Shown here: piece by piece, positions 6,782-17,585 of the stretch
How positions within the stretch are numbered: position 1 is the first letter of the stretch
Layout: every line of letters starts with the position of its first letter
Source: a virus
Lineage: Duplodnaviria; Caudoviricetes
Reading direction: 5' to 3' (one strand)
IMG/VR virus record: IMGVR_UViG_3300033463_000015
Length of the DNA: 64,000 nt
Notes under the pieces: generated by a model
What the model saw: the letters and a program-made list of their open reading frames with translations, nothing else
Databases searched by the model: none
What the model was told of the DNA's origin: nothing
Translations under genes and position numbers: made by a program

Positions 6782-8002
6782 ATGTTAAATTCAAAACAGG
6801 AACGCGAATTAGCTTATGTAGGAATTATTGATGGTATTGAACCCATCCTCGGATATGACCGTGTTGAACACGCTATTGTTGGCGGCTGGCGTGTTATTGT
6901 TCAGAAGGGTCAATTTAATGTAGGTGATCCGGCTATCTACTTTGAAATTGATTCCCGCGTGCCTTCTGATAAAGAATGCTTTGCTTTCCTTGAGAAGCGG
7001 CATTATAAGGTAAAAACGCTGAAGATGTGTAAGACTCTTTCACAAGGTTTGCTTATGCACGCCGAAGATTTTGGTTGGCACATAGGACTAAATTGTGGAG
7101 TGATGATGATTTATGATGGAGAAGAATGGCATAATCCTCTTGATGAATCCCGCTTCCTGACTAAACAACTTGGCGTAACTTACGCCGATGAAGAAGACAA
7201 TCAGCGTAAGGCTCCTACTGTAGATAAGTATAAGAAAATGGCCGCTCGTCATCCCGAAATTTTCAAGAAATCTTGGGCTAAGTGGATGATGAAACATAAT
7301 TTTGGCCGCAAAGTGATGTTTTTCTTCTTTGGTAAAAAGAAAGATAAGAAGAATGGTTGGCCTTCTTGGGTTCAAAAGACCGATGAAGAGCGAGTGCAAA
7401 ATATGCCTTGGATTCTAAATGATGATGGTGATTGGATTGCCACTGAGAAGATTGATGGAACTAGCACTACTTTCTCTATGAAGCGTGGTAAATTTAGACA
7501 TAAATCTTTCTATGTCTGTTCCCGCAATGTATGCTTTGGAGAAGAAAGTAAAGAATGCTATTATGATACCAATGTATACTGGGAAATGGCTAAGCAATAT
7601 GATATGTTCAAGGTACTATCTAATTTGTTGGCCGCTTATCCTAATGAAGAATGGATTACCATTCAAGGTGAAACTTTTGGTGATGGTATCCAGCGGCGAG
7701 ATTACTCTCTCTGCGGTGAACACGATTTTCTAGCATTTAATCTAATTTTCTCATCTCGCGGTCGTGTAGGAACTCTTGAAATGATTGATATTCTCGATCC
7801 ATATGGAATTGAATGCGTGCCTGTGCTTAATTGTAAGATGAAAATTAATCAATTTGAAAATGTAGATGCTATTCTTACTTATGCAGAAGGTAAATCTTGT
7901 CTGGATAATTTACCTCGCGAAGGTATCGTATTCCGTTCTACTGATGGCTCTAAATCTTTTAAAGCTGTAAGTAATAGTTTTCTTCTAAAGTATCACTCTT
8001 AA
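6782..8002 (+). CDS. ATP-dependent RNA ligase (Rnl2/DRB0094-like)
   Basis: YFEIDS, KTDEERVQN, adenylation motif TEKIDGTS, IQGE, REGIVF, SFKAVSNSFLLK. Confidence 0.9.
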   Translation: MLNSKQERELAYVGIIDGIEPILGYDRVEHAIVGGWRVIVQKGQFNVGDPAIYFEIDSRVPSDKECFAFLEKRHYKVKTLKMCKTLSQGLLMHAEDFGWHIGLNCGVMMIYDGEEWHNPLDESRFLTKQLGVTYADEEDNQRKAPTVDKYKKMAARHPEIFKKSWAKWMMKHNFGRKVMFFFFGKKKDKKNGWPSWVQKTDEERVQNMPWILNDDGDWIATEKIDGTSTTFSMKRGKFRHKSFYVCSRNVCFGEESKECYYDTNVYWEMAKQYDMFKVLSNLLAAYPNEEWITIQGETFGDGIQRRDYSLCGEHDFLAFNLIFSSRGRVGTLEMIDILDPYGIECVPVLNCKMKINQFENVDAILTYAEGKSCLDNLPREGIVFRSTDGSKSFKAVSNSFLLKYHS

Positions 8003-8007
8003 TTTGT

Positions 8008-8052
8008 AAGTCAAGGATAAAACCTTGACTTTTTTCTAATTCATGTTATAAT
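8008..8052 (+). promoter_or_regulatory. Terminator hairpin fused to a sigmaA promoter
   Basis: AAGTCAAGG/CCTTGACTT plus T-run; TATAAT at 8047-8052. Confidence 0.75.
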
Positions 8053-8081
8053 AATTATAGAATAAAGAAAGGAGAAAATCT

Positions 8082-8288
8082 ATGACACAAGCACCAGTAG
8101 ATACACTTCACGAAAAGCATAAGCAATATCTTTTTGAACATTCACCCGCCGATCGTATTATTGAAGATCGCGGCATTTATAGAGGTCGTGGTGAGCCAAC
8201 TAGTGAGTTTGTTATTAGTGCTGGCGGTGATGTAAGTGTGTATCGTGTAGTTGGTCGTGGCCCTAATTTTAGACTATATGAGAGGTAA
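8082..8288 (+). CDS. Hypothetical protein
   Basis: AAAGGAG RBS. Confidence 0.7.
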   Translation: MTQAPVDTLHEKHKQYLFEHSPADRIIEDRGIYRGRGEPTSEFVISAGGDVSVYRVVGRGPNFRLYER

Positions 8289-8290
8289 TT

Positions 8291-8701
8291 ATGAGACTTT
8301 GGCATACTAAACTAATTTCTGTCCTACCGCGAGAACAGCTTGTAGCGCAATGGCGCGAACTTAGTAGCATCGCGGGCGCCATCCAGAAAAATGGCACTCC
8401 TAATCATGTACTTGTTAATTTCGTAATGGATTATAGTTATGACCATTTTATCTCATATGCTTACTACGTGCGACAAGAAATGTCTCGTCGTGGTTATCGT
8501 ACTATGAATAGCGTTTGGGATAAGATTTGTTCTCTAGAGCCTAATTGGAAATGTCTACTTCTAGATGAAGTTTATCAGCCTAAAATGGATAAATTTTATC
8601 TTACTGTATGCTATTATAATCTATACGAAAAATATGATTGCGGTATGTTCAAAGATTTTGATGCAATTCAAGATGTATGGAGGAAAGAAATTGCCGATTG
8701 A
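8291..8701 (+). CDS. Pyrimidine-dimer DNA glycosylase (DenV-like)
   Basis: MRLWH..LISVLPREQLVAQWRE, NHVLV, EMSRRGY motifs. Confidence 0.8.
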   Translation: MRLWHTKLISVLPREQLVAQWRELSSIAGAIQKNGTPNHVLVNFVMDYSYDHFISYAYYVRQEMSRRGYRTMNSVWDKICSLEPNWKCLLLDEVYQPKMDKFYLTVCYYNLYEKYDCGMFKDFDAIQDVWRKEIAD

Positions 8702-8861
8702 TTATGATGCCTTATGGGATGAGGCGTATGAAATGGCTTGCCAACGTGGCCACGAAGAAGGTACTTATGGAATTGATTATGAGGAAGAAGATGTTGAACG
8801 TTGGGCGGAGGACTATTACTATTATCTAAAGGACTTAAAAGAGGTAGAAAGTGATGAATAA
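8691..8861 (+). CDS. Small acidic hypothetical protein
   Basis: GGAGG RBS, TTG start. Confidence 0.55.
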   Translation: MPIDYDALWDEAYEMACQRGHEEGTYGIDYEEEDVERWAEDYYYYLKDLKEVESDE

Positions 8862-8982
8862 AGAACTATTAAGGCTCAAGTATGAATATAGAATTAAGTT
8901 ACTAATGGCTCGCAATGAAGTTGGTAATATGGGAATTATCAATAAGTTGAAGAGAAAATTGAGAAATCTTGAAGCCCGCTAA
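8854..8982 (+). CDS. Small basic hypothetical protein (42 aa)
   Basis: GAGGT RBS; MNKELLRLKYEYRIK...; below the ORF-track cutoff. Confidence 0.55.
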   Translation: MNKELLRLKYEYRIKLLMARNEVGNMGIINKLKRKLRNLEAR

Positions 8983-9000
8983 AAAGCGGGTTTCTTTTTA
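8972..9000 (+). terminator. Rho-independent terminator
   Basis: AAGCCCGCT-AAAA-AGCGGGTTT followed by T-run. Confidence 0.7.
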
Positions 9001-9016
9001 TTTGCGGGGTGAAGAA

Positions 9017-11392
9017 ATGAGTAAAGAAGACTTTTCATGGCTAAGTTAGGGCAGATATATTTTTTTTAGTAGCTTATATAATAAAAATAGAGAAATTTAT
9101 GATATAGGTCAATCACGTTTAAGTAATTTTAAAACTAATCATACGTTAAATTCAAACGATACAAATGGTGACGAATATGAAAATTTTACGCAACAAATTG
9201 ATGCGTATCTTAATATGCTACAATCTTGGCACTAGATGCTGTTAAATTCAGAAAGAATGTTTTTAAAATCTAATTTAAGTATTCTAAAAGAAAACAATTA
9301 GTTTAATAATATTACAAGTATCTTAGAAAAAATGCAAGATGGGACTTCTATTACTGAAGATGATTATAGCAATATTATTGCTTTTATAAACTTTATTCAA
9401 AATCACGGAGACTTAACTACCATGCAAGAAAATATTAAAACTTCTTTAAATAATATCTCCCATTTAAATAAAAATTTCTTATCTTTAACAAAAGAAGAAA
9501 AATAGAGTGTTATTCATAATTATATTACGTCTCCTAAAAATTATAATATAAATGCTGGAAAACTAATGCGTACTATTCGTATAGATGATACTTTTATTAG
9601 TGCTTATATTAAATCAAATAGCCAATATTATGCAGAACGTGTTAATAAATTATTATCATCTTTAAGTGATTCAGAATAGTTTAAACAATTAGTGTATCGA
9701 CAGTACGAAAAATATAAAAATGATAAAACTATTACTGTTGTAGGCTCTAATTTAACTAAATTAATTTTAAATATTGTTAGTGATACTATTACAAAAGATC
9801 AAGGTCATCATAAAGGTGAACATACGAATAAATTAACAGAATTAGTAATACAAAGACTAGAAGACGCATTAAAAATTACTAATTTACATAAAGATATTAT
9901 TACTCCTGCAAGTGGCGCTTTTACTCATGGAGGGAAACGTGAGTCTTTTGAAGAAATCGCAATGCTACATGTTAGAGAAAATTTAAGTCAATTATTAGAA
10001 ACTGCAACGAATGCTGAACAAATAATAAATAAATATGATAAAAATCAAGAGTTATTAAACAAATGGAAAAATTTAAAAAGATTAATTGCTCAAGGAACTG
10101 CAAAGGAGGAAACAATTGCTAAAAAAAGAAGAGAATTTAATGCAAGTTTACGAGAAAATATCAAAAATGCTTTTTCTAATAGAGAAGTTAATGGTCAAAT
10201 TTATAGTGAATTAACAGAAAATACAGATAAAATAAAATTTTTTTCTAATAGACAAATACAAAAAACTTTATCTTTCATGGAGAACCCTTTAGAGGCTATA
10301 TTGCCTGAATTTGCTAATGGATGTAAATTAACTATTAGTAAAAACACTATGGCTGAGTTATTGGCGGCTAACCATATTGAAGAAAATATTCCAGGAATGA
10401 TTACTGGTAAACTACCTGGTAGTTTAAATATGAAAGATGACGTTACTTTTATTTTAGATACTCAAACAGATATTTAGACCTTATTAGAAAAAGAAACTGA
10501 AGCTTCTATAAAACCCTTAATTACAGATATAAATAATACAATAAATTAGTATCTTGAACAAACGTTAGGTAATTTTGTTAAACATTATCATGATGCAGGC
10601 GGCGGTGCTACAGACGTAGAATTAGCAGAAAAAACATATATAGAAGATATGAAGACGTTAATTGACCTTATTGAAAAATATTTATCTGACATCAATGCAG
10701 ATGAAGATATTAGAGCAGCTGTATTAAATAAATTAAATAATACGTTAGTTGGCGGTATTAGTGTTAAAGATTATTCATTATATAATAATGAAATCGGATA
10801 CCATGGCGGTTCTTTAGGCGGCAGCGGAGCTCCTGAAGCCGTTGTAAATAATATTACAAAAATGTACGAACTTGGCGGAATATCTCCATATGATAAAGAT
10901 GCTTTATTATTTGCAATTTTAAATTGTGCCCCTAGTGCTATCGGATCTCATTTAAAAGATTCATTAGAAGCATATTTACTAGGAGGCGCAGCAATGATCA
11001 TGTTTGATGAAGGATTTTCAATAGGTAAAAAATATTTATAGGATATGAAAGAACAGGTAAATATAGAAAATTTTAGTGGCCCAAAAACTCTGGGATTATA
11101 TTATTTAAATTTAACATATGTACCATCTTCTTATATTCTATATAATATTTATCAAAGCTTATTACAATTTTATCATAAGTTACCATCAGATATTCATACT
11201 GTAAAAGTACGTAATCGTGTAGTAATTAATAATAACGCTTCAGAAAGTTTAATTCCTGATTCAGGGTCGTTACCAGAAAGATTCAAAGCCGCTGCTACCG
11301 CGGCAGAGAAACAAATTACTATTCAATTCTTATTTATGGCCGGAATGTTAGATATTCTTAATAATTTATAGAATAGTTTTAATATAAAATAA
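9017..11392 (+). CDS. Large (~791 aa) hypothetical protein, TAG-recoded
   Basis: ORF fragments 9692, 10649 and 11045 are all in frame with ATG 9017; the breaks inspected are TAG; ends TAA 11390-11392. Confidence 0.8.
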
Positions 11393-11450
11393 TATTTTCT
11401 ACTTTTCTCTACATATATATCGGGGATAAGCCCCACGGAGGTGAAATCTT

Positions 11451-11888
11451 ATGAATGAGAATGAAATTCTCAACTGGCTATCTTCCAATATAGTACAAGT
11501 AATTATTATTCTATCCATTTTCATCCAAATATCCCCGATAAAATGGAACCCAATTACTTCTCTCTTCAACTGGTTAGGGAAAATTATTACGAAAGATGTA
11601 TCTAAACAAGTTGAAGATATGAATAAAACTATTGACGATATCCAAAAACAAATTTATACAAATGAAAAAGACCGCATCCGTTGGGAGGTCCTTGATTTTG
11701 CTAGATCTTGTCGCAATGGACAAGAACATACATTTGACGAATTTCGTCATATTATCAAACTAAATGATAAATATGAGGATCTACTTGCAAAAACTAAAGA
11801 AAAGAATGGTGTATTTAAGCTGGAAATAGAGTACATTAATGATCTTTTCGATAAATATAAAAAGGAGAACAAAATCTCCGAAGAATAA
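11451..11888 (+). CDS. Holin-associated membrane protein
   Basis: N-terminal TM (VIIILSIFIQISPIKWNP); RIRWEVLDF...HT.DEF motif; upstream of holin. Confidence 0.7.
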   Translation: MNENEILNWLSSNIVQVIIILSIFIQISPIKWNPITSLFNWLGKIITKDVSKQVEDMNKTIDDIQKQIYTNEKDRIRWEVLDFARSCRNGQEHTFDEFRHIIKLNDKYEDLLAKTKEKNGVFKLEIEYINDLFDKYKKENKISEE

Positions 11889-11906
11889 TATAAAGGAGTG
11901 ATTCAT

Positions 11907-12161
11907 ATGAATTTTAAGAAATGGTTAATCGCAGCCGGTATTCGTGCAATTAAGACCGTAGCACAAACTGCTATTGCTACTATCGGCACTACCGCAGTTC
12001 TAGATCAGGTTAATTGGGTAATGGTAGCTTCCGCTTCTGCTTTAGCAGGTATTTTAAGTCTTCTAACTAGCATTGGCGGCTTACCTGAATTAGAGCTAGA
12101 AAAGAAACTTGAAGAGGTTAAGGAAGAACCTGAAGAGGTTAAGGAAGAACCTGAAGCCTAA
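11907..12161 (+). CDS. Phage holin (r1t-like family)
   Basis: KKWLIAAGIRAIKTVAQTAIATIG...SLLTSIGGLPE. Confidence 0.85.
   Translation: MNFKKWLIAAGIRAIKTVAQTAIATIGTTAVLDQVNWVMVASASALAGILSLLTSIGGLPELELEKKLEEVKEEPEEVKEEPEA
12111..12156 (+). repeat. 21-nt tandem duplication in holin C-terminus (EEVKEEP x2)
   Basis: GAAGAGGTTAAGGAAGAACCT repeated twice. Confidence 0.9.
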
Positions 12162-12164
12162 TAT

Positions 12165-12193
12165 TTGCCTTTTTTCATATTTTATGCTATAAT
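12165..12193 (+). promoter_or_regulatory. sigmaA-type promoter
   Basis: TTGCCT-17-TATAAT with TG. Confidence 0.7.
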
Positions 12194-12220
12194 AAATTAT
12201 ATGAAGAAAGGAGAAAAATT

Positions 12221-12718
12221 ATGGATAGACGAAGCAAAGAGCGAGTAATTCCACTGGAAATTTACACTGACGGTTCTTGTAAGAAAATAGCTAATAAGAA
12301 TTTTGGTGGATGGGCTTACATCGCTGTTGAAGATAGTCAGCAAGTCTATTATAAAACTGGCGGAGAACTTGATACAACCAATCAACGAATGGAACTTCAA
12401 GCTATCCGCCAGGCTCTCATTTATGCGGCAGAACATCGTAAAGAAAGTCAAGCTGTAATTATTTACAGTGATTCAGCATACGCTATCAATTGCTATTCGC
12501 AGCGCTGGTATGAAAATTGGCGGCGAAATGGTTGGCGCAATGCGGCTAAAAAAGAAGTCGCCAATCAAGATCTATGGATTGATATTATTCCATATTTTGA
12601 AAATGTGTGGTTCTACTTCAAAAAAGTAGAAGGGCACAATGGCGTTTTCTGGAATGAAAAATGCGATGAACTAGCGCAAAACGAAGCACAAGAACTAAAA
12701 ATAAATTGGCGAGGATAA
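12221..12718 (+). CDS. rnhA: Ribonuclease HI
   Basis: IYTDGSC, TTNQRMEL, YSDSAY, KVEGH, NEKCDELA. Confidence 0.93.
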   Translation: MDRRSKERVIPLEIYTDGSCKKIANKNFGGWAYIAVEDSQQVYYKTGGELDTTNQRMELQAIRQALIYAAEHRKESQAVIIYSDSAYAINCYSQRWYENWRRNGWRNAAKKEVANQDLWIDIIPYFENVWFYFKKVEGHNGVFWNEKCDELAQNEAQELKINWRG

Positions 12719-12721
12719 GAT

Positions 12722-13042
12722 ATGAGAGAAGAATTATATAGTGTAACCCGGGATGAGTATGTAGGTTTTGTCAAGTAGCTTATCCCGCAAAATATGCACA
12801 CAGAGCATATTGAAAATGATGATGAAACAGCAAGTCTTAAAATTTATGCTAATCGAGATGGTATGCTAATCGCCGAGCAATATCTAAATGCAGATGGCAT
12901 TTATGAATATTATGTTTATAATATGCCAGCCAATGAAGATAGACGTGCAGCAAAACCCGTTCAAAAAATTGTTCTTGAAACACAAGAAGAAGTTCAAACA
13001 TTTTTTAATATTCTACAAAAGGCGATAGGTAAAAAGAAATGA
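12722..13042 (+). CDS. Hypothetical protein (TAG at codon 19)
   Basis: ATG 12722 with GAGG RBS, in frame with fragment 12794. Confidence 0.7.
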
Positions 13043-13257
13043 CTGAATTATTTACAGATATTTCAGATTTTGATAAACATATTACAAGACTTGCTATTGA
13101 TACTGCATTTATGCTAAATGATGTTCCAAAAACTATCAAGCGCATTGAAGAATATAGAGCAGCATGTTCCCCTGCTGTATAGGAGTTTGTAGATTTTTAT
13201 GTACAACTCAAATTGGAGGAAATGAAGAATGAAGAAGATAATTCTAATTAGCGGTAA
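13039..13257 (+). CDS. Hypothetical protein (TAG-recoded)
   Basis: ATGA overlap; MTELFTDISDFDKH...; fills the gap left in the ORF track. Confidence 0.65.
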
Positions 13258-13789
13258 AAGTGGATCCGGCAAGGATACATTTGCAAAATTTTTACAGGAA
13301 GTATTAGAGGCAGATGGCCAGCGTATTTTAGTTATTCATTTTGCCGATATGGTAAAAGAATATGCCAAGCTATATTATAAATGGAATGGCGAAAAGGATA
13401 TTAGCGGCCGCCAGCTACTTCAACAGATGGGCACGAATGAAGTGCGCTCTGTGTTTAAAAACTATTGGGCTGATTTGGTAGCGCAATTCATTAAAGCAAC
13501 AGAGAACGATTGGGATTACGCTTTAATTCCAGACCTTCGTTTCTTAAATGAATTAAAAAGAGTAAAGAAGTTTAATAAAGGTAAGTGCGTATCTGTTGGT
13601 ATTCGCCGTTACACAGATGATGGCGAAATATGGGAAAATCCATTGCTAACAGAAGAACAGCGTAATCATCCTTCAGAAGTTGATCTAGATGATTATTGTC
13701 TTGATTGGTATGTCGATAATATTGGCCCATTCGCTGGTATGAAAGATTCAGCTATTGAATTTTTAGAGAAGATAGGAGAAAGAGAATGA
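13229..13789 (+). CDS. Deoxynucleoside monophosphate kinase-like P-loop protein
   Basis: ISGKSGSGKDT, HFAD.VK, RQLLQQMGT, IPDLRFLNE, HPSE. Confidence 0.85.
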   Translation: MKKIILISGKSGSGKDTFAKFLQEVLEADGQRILVIHFADMVKEYAKLYYKWNGEKDISGRQLLQQMGTNEVRSVFKNYWADLVAQFIKATENDWDYALIPDLRFLNELKRVKKFNKGKCVSVGIRRYTDDGEIWENPLLTEEQRNHPSEVDLDDYCLDWYVDNIGPFAGMKDSAIEFLEKIGERE

Positions 13790-14910
13790 CAAATTGGTTT
13801 GAACTTGGAGTAATGAAGTATTGGGCTCCAACTAGCGCTATGTCTCCTGAAGTGCGGCAACAGCATCTTGAAGATATGGCGGCTAGTGGTAAATATCTAT
13901 GGAGCGAGAAGTTTGATGGCAATTTTAGTCGTGCGGTTATTACGCCAGACAGAAATGCGCTTCAAACTCGTGGTATTAGTAAAGTTACTGGAACTTATTC
14001 AGAGCTGCAAGATAAAGTATTTTTCTGGGATAATGTATTAAACGCCTTCCAAAATACAACTGTAATCCTTGGAGAAATATATTTACCCGGCGGCATTGAT
14101 AAGGATGTTGGTAGCATTACTAGATGTCTAGTTGATAAGGCTCGCGCTCGTCAAAAGGACGTAAAGCTGGAATGGCGCATCTTTGATGTGCTGGCGCTAG
14201 ATGGCGAAGAGTTTCTAGACAAACCTATTGAATATCGTGTTCAGTTTATTCCTGATGTTGTAAAACGTATTAATTCTCCACTTGTAAAAGGCATTACTTA
14301 TCATCAAATGGATGAAACATTCTTTGATGAAATTCTAAAAATTTTTGAACGCGGCGGTGAAGGAGCTGTATGCTATAAGAAAGGCATCCTATATACCCCC
14401 GATAAGCGTTCAAGTGCTTGGACTACTTGTAAGGTAAAACAAGAAATTTCATCTGATATTGATTGCTTCATTACAGATGTTGAAAAGCCAACTAAACTTT
14501 ATACTGGTAAGGAACTTACTTCTTGGCCATTCTGGGAAGAAGCTAGAACGAGTAAACTAGTATATGGTGAATATTTTGGTGAATATAGAACCGGCGGCGC
14601 TTACACTCCAGTTACTAAAAATTATTATTATAATTATCCCGGAGCTATTTATGTAAGCGTTTTTAACCGTAAAGGTGACCCAATTCAGCTCTGTAAAGTA
14701 GCTGGCCTAACAGATGAACTTAAAGCAGAACTACGAGATAATTTTGAAAATTGGTATATGTGCCCGCTAACTATTGGTGGTATGATGGTTTCAACCGCAA
14801 ATGCCGCTAAAGATGGCACTGGTATTTCCATTCGTCATCCTTATATTAAACGTATTCGTAAGGATGATTTGAACCCGGAAGATTGTACTCTTGAAAAAAT
14901 TATTTCTTAA
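13786..14910 (+). CDS. ATP-dependent DNA ligase
   Basis: SEKFDG, LGEIY, IFDVL, GEGAV, KVK, IRHP..KRIRKD. Confidence 0.85.
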   Translation: MTNWFELGVMKYWAPTSAMSPEVRQQHLEDMAASGKYLWSEKFDGNFSRAVITPDRNALQTRGISKVTGTYSELQDKVFFWDNVLNAFQNTTVILGEIYLPGGIDKDVGSITRCLVDKARARQKDVKLEWRIFDVLALDGEEFLDKPIEYRVQFIPDVVKRINSPLVKGITYHQMDETFFDEILKIFERGGEGAVCYKKGILYTPDKRSSAWTTCKVKQEISSDIDCFITDVEKPTKLYTGKELTSWPFWEEARTSKLVYGEYFGEYRTGGAYTPVTKNYYYNYPGAIYVSVFNRKGDPIQLCKVAGLTDELKAELRDNFENWYMCPLTIGGMMVSTANAAKDGTGISIRHPYIKRIRKDDLNPEDCTLEKIIS

Positions 14911-14951
14911 TTATTATAAAACTGTCTCATTGAGATGGGAGGAGGGCAAAT

Positions 14952-15560
14952 ATGGACCCAGATTTCAATTTCCTAGTCCAAGATGATACATCTGGATTAG
15001 ACCCTGTAATGTATCAGTATTATCATCAAATGAATGATAATCGAACCCTTATTCTCAATACAGAAATTGATGAACGTATTGTAGAGATGATTTATCTACC
15101 AATGAGAGATTGGGAAAATGACAGTGATACGCGCCCTGTGACGCTTATATTAAATTCACAAGGAGGTTGTGTATCAGACGGATTTTTCCTCGCTTAGTAT
15201 ATTAGCCAGTATAAGAAGCCGCTACATATTATTGTTCCTGGTTATGCTGCGTCTATGGCGGCTGTAATTCTAGCTGGCGGCGGCAATAACGAAAATGTAA
15301 CTCGTTTCTGCTTCCCAAGCACTTATGCGTTAATTCACGATGGATATGTGGCATTAAGCGCCAGTGAGGCTAAAACCGCTAATGATATTATGGCTTTTAA
15401 TAACAAGGTAGATGAAGACATTCGTAAATTCATCATTGATAATACTAACATTACCGCAGAAGAATATGATACCCACGCTAGGCACCAATGGTTTTTATCC
15501 GCTGATGAGATGAAGAAGTATAATCTCGTGGATAAAATTTATGGTGTTGATGCTGAATGA
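14952..15560 (+). CDS. clpP: ClpP-like serine protease (one TAG at 15195-15197)
   Basis: Two in-frame fragments: LILNSQGG, then GYAASMAAVIL (catalytic Ser), LIHDG, WFLSADEMKKYNLVDKI. Confidence 0.88.
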
Positions 15561-16795
15561 ATATAAACTTTTTAGATACTTCTGCGGTGCTCAATGGGGC
15601 TTATAAGAGATTTGAAAACGTATATATTAGTCCTATTGTATTAATGGAACTTGAAAATATAAAAACTTCACAAAAAGATGAGAAAACTAAGTATCTCGCA
15701 CGGCAAGCTGTGCGAGATCTTATTACATCAAAAGATATACATTTTATTACTGCTGATATTAATTGTAAAAAGAAATTTAAAAAATATCCATTTTTACAAG
15801 ATATACACGATCATTGGCTAATAGCAGAGGCCGCGGCATTAAAGAATCATAAAGATGAAGTATTTTTTATGACCGCCGATGGCGCTTAGTTTTTGATTGC
15901 TAAATAGGTGCCGGAAATACAAGCTATTTATTTAGGAGAAATTGAACAACCACATATTGAGCATACTGAATATTGTGGATGGGGAAAATATTATCCAACT
16001 ACTTAGCAAATGGCGCAACTATATTAGTGCCCAACAATGAATACATTAAAATGTCCAACAAATTCTTTTGCTGAAATTTTTGTAGGAGAAGAATTAAAAG
16101 ATGTATTATTCTGGAACGGACACGAATACACACCATTAAATTGTAAAGATATTAAAAATGTATATACTGGCGAAGTAATTAAACCTAGGAATTTAGAGCA
16201 AAAAATGGCAATACATTTGCTACAAAACCAAGACATAAAAGTAAAGCTACTTACTTCTGCTTGGGGTAGCGGTAAAACATTATTGGCTTTAAATTACGCA
16301 TTAGAACAAGTAGCCCGCGGCCGCTAGCCTAAAATTACTTTTATTCGTAATAATATTATTGTTGCTGATACAAAGGACATTGGCTTTGTGCCAGGAGATG
16401 TGCGGCAAAAGATGAGTATGTGGGGTGGAGTAATAGCTGACCATTTAGGCGGTCAAATGATGCTGGACCAACTTATTGATGATGGCATTATTGAAATATT
16501 CCCTATTTCTCATATTAGAGGTCGTTCTATAAAAGGTATCATCTTTTGTGATGAATGTGAAAATTTAAATGATAAATTAGTAACATTATTACTTAGCCGC
16601 GTTGAAGATGGCGGCGAAATTATATTCTGTGGCGATGTTGCACAAATTGATAGCCCACGATTTGAATAGAATAATGGTATTAGAGCTATGCTAGATAATT
16701 TAGTCGGCGACCCATTATTTGGAACTGTAAAATTATTAAAATCAGAGCGTGGCCCAATTCCACAATTGTGCGATAAAATTATTCCGCCAAGATAA
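15557..16795 (+). CDS. phoH: PIN-PhoH (PhoH2-type) ATPase, multiple TAGs
   Basis: FLDTSAVL PIN motif; PRNLEQ, GSGKT, IGFVPG, IRGRSI, DECEN, CGDVAQID; all fragments in one frame; ends TAA. Confidence 0.9.
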
Positions 16796-16801
16796 CTAAA
16801 T

Positions 16802-16825
16802 GGGGTAAGTCTAATGACTTACCCC
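16802..16825 (+). terminator. Intergenic hairpin, probable terminator
   Basis: GGGGTAAGTC-TAAT-GACTTACCCC. Confidence 0.6.
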
Positions 16826-16853
16826 GCATATTTTCGTTTATAGGAGAGATTAT

Positions 16854-17528
16854 ATGAAAGTATTAGTAGCTTGCGAAGAGTCTTAGAGAATAACTATTGA
16901 AATGCGTAAATTAGGAAATGAATGTTATTCTTGTGATATTGATGAGCCATCTGGCGAGCATCCTGAATGGCATATACTTGGAGATGTACTGCCATATATA
17001 AATGGTAATTGTACTTTTAAAACTATGGATGGCACCGAGCATACCATATACGGTCAGTGGGATTTACTTATTGCCCACCCGCCCTGTACTTATCTCACAG
17101 TATCTGGTAATAGATGGTTCAATGTAGAAAAGTATGGTGAAAAAGCATTAGAGAGAATTAAACAGCGCGAAGATGCTGTAGAATTTTTTCTTAAATTTAT
17201 TAACGCTAAGTGTGACCGCATATGTGTCGAGAATCCAGTAGGATATATGAATACACATTATCGCAAACCGGATCAAATTATTCAACCATTCTGGTTTGGT
17301 GATCCAGAGCGCAAAACTACTTGCTTGTGGCTAAAAAATTTACCCGCGCTAAAACCAACTGATATGGTAGACCCAGATATTACAGATAGTTCTACTGGCC
17401 ATAGCGGCTATAGTTCTTGGCATATGGATATGCAATTTATTGGTAAGTCTAAAAAAGAAAGAAGTAAATGGCGCAGTAAAACATTCCCGGGAATAGCAAA
17501 AGCTATCGCAGAATAGTGGGGACAATAA
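16854..17528 (+). CDS. DNA (cytosine-5) methyltransferase, two TAG=Gln
   Basis: MKVLVACEES*R, IAHPPCTY, VENP, KTTCLW, RSKTFPGIAKAIAE*WG. Confidence 0.88.
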
Positions 17529-17531
17529 TAT

Positions 17532-17560
17532 TTGACAAGATTGGAAAATTATGTTATAAT
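17532..17560 (+). promoter_or_regulatory. sigmaA-type promoter
   Basis: TTGACA-17-TATAAT with TG. Confidence 0.85.
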
Positions 17561-17585
17561 AAAGAAAAAACGAGGTATTTTTAAT

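Noticed and set aside
16854-17528. TAG as pyrrolysine
   Set aside because: TAG sits at Gln-expected motif positions and is far too frequent; no pyl genes seen
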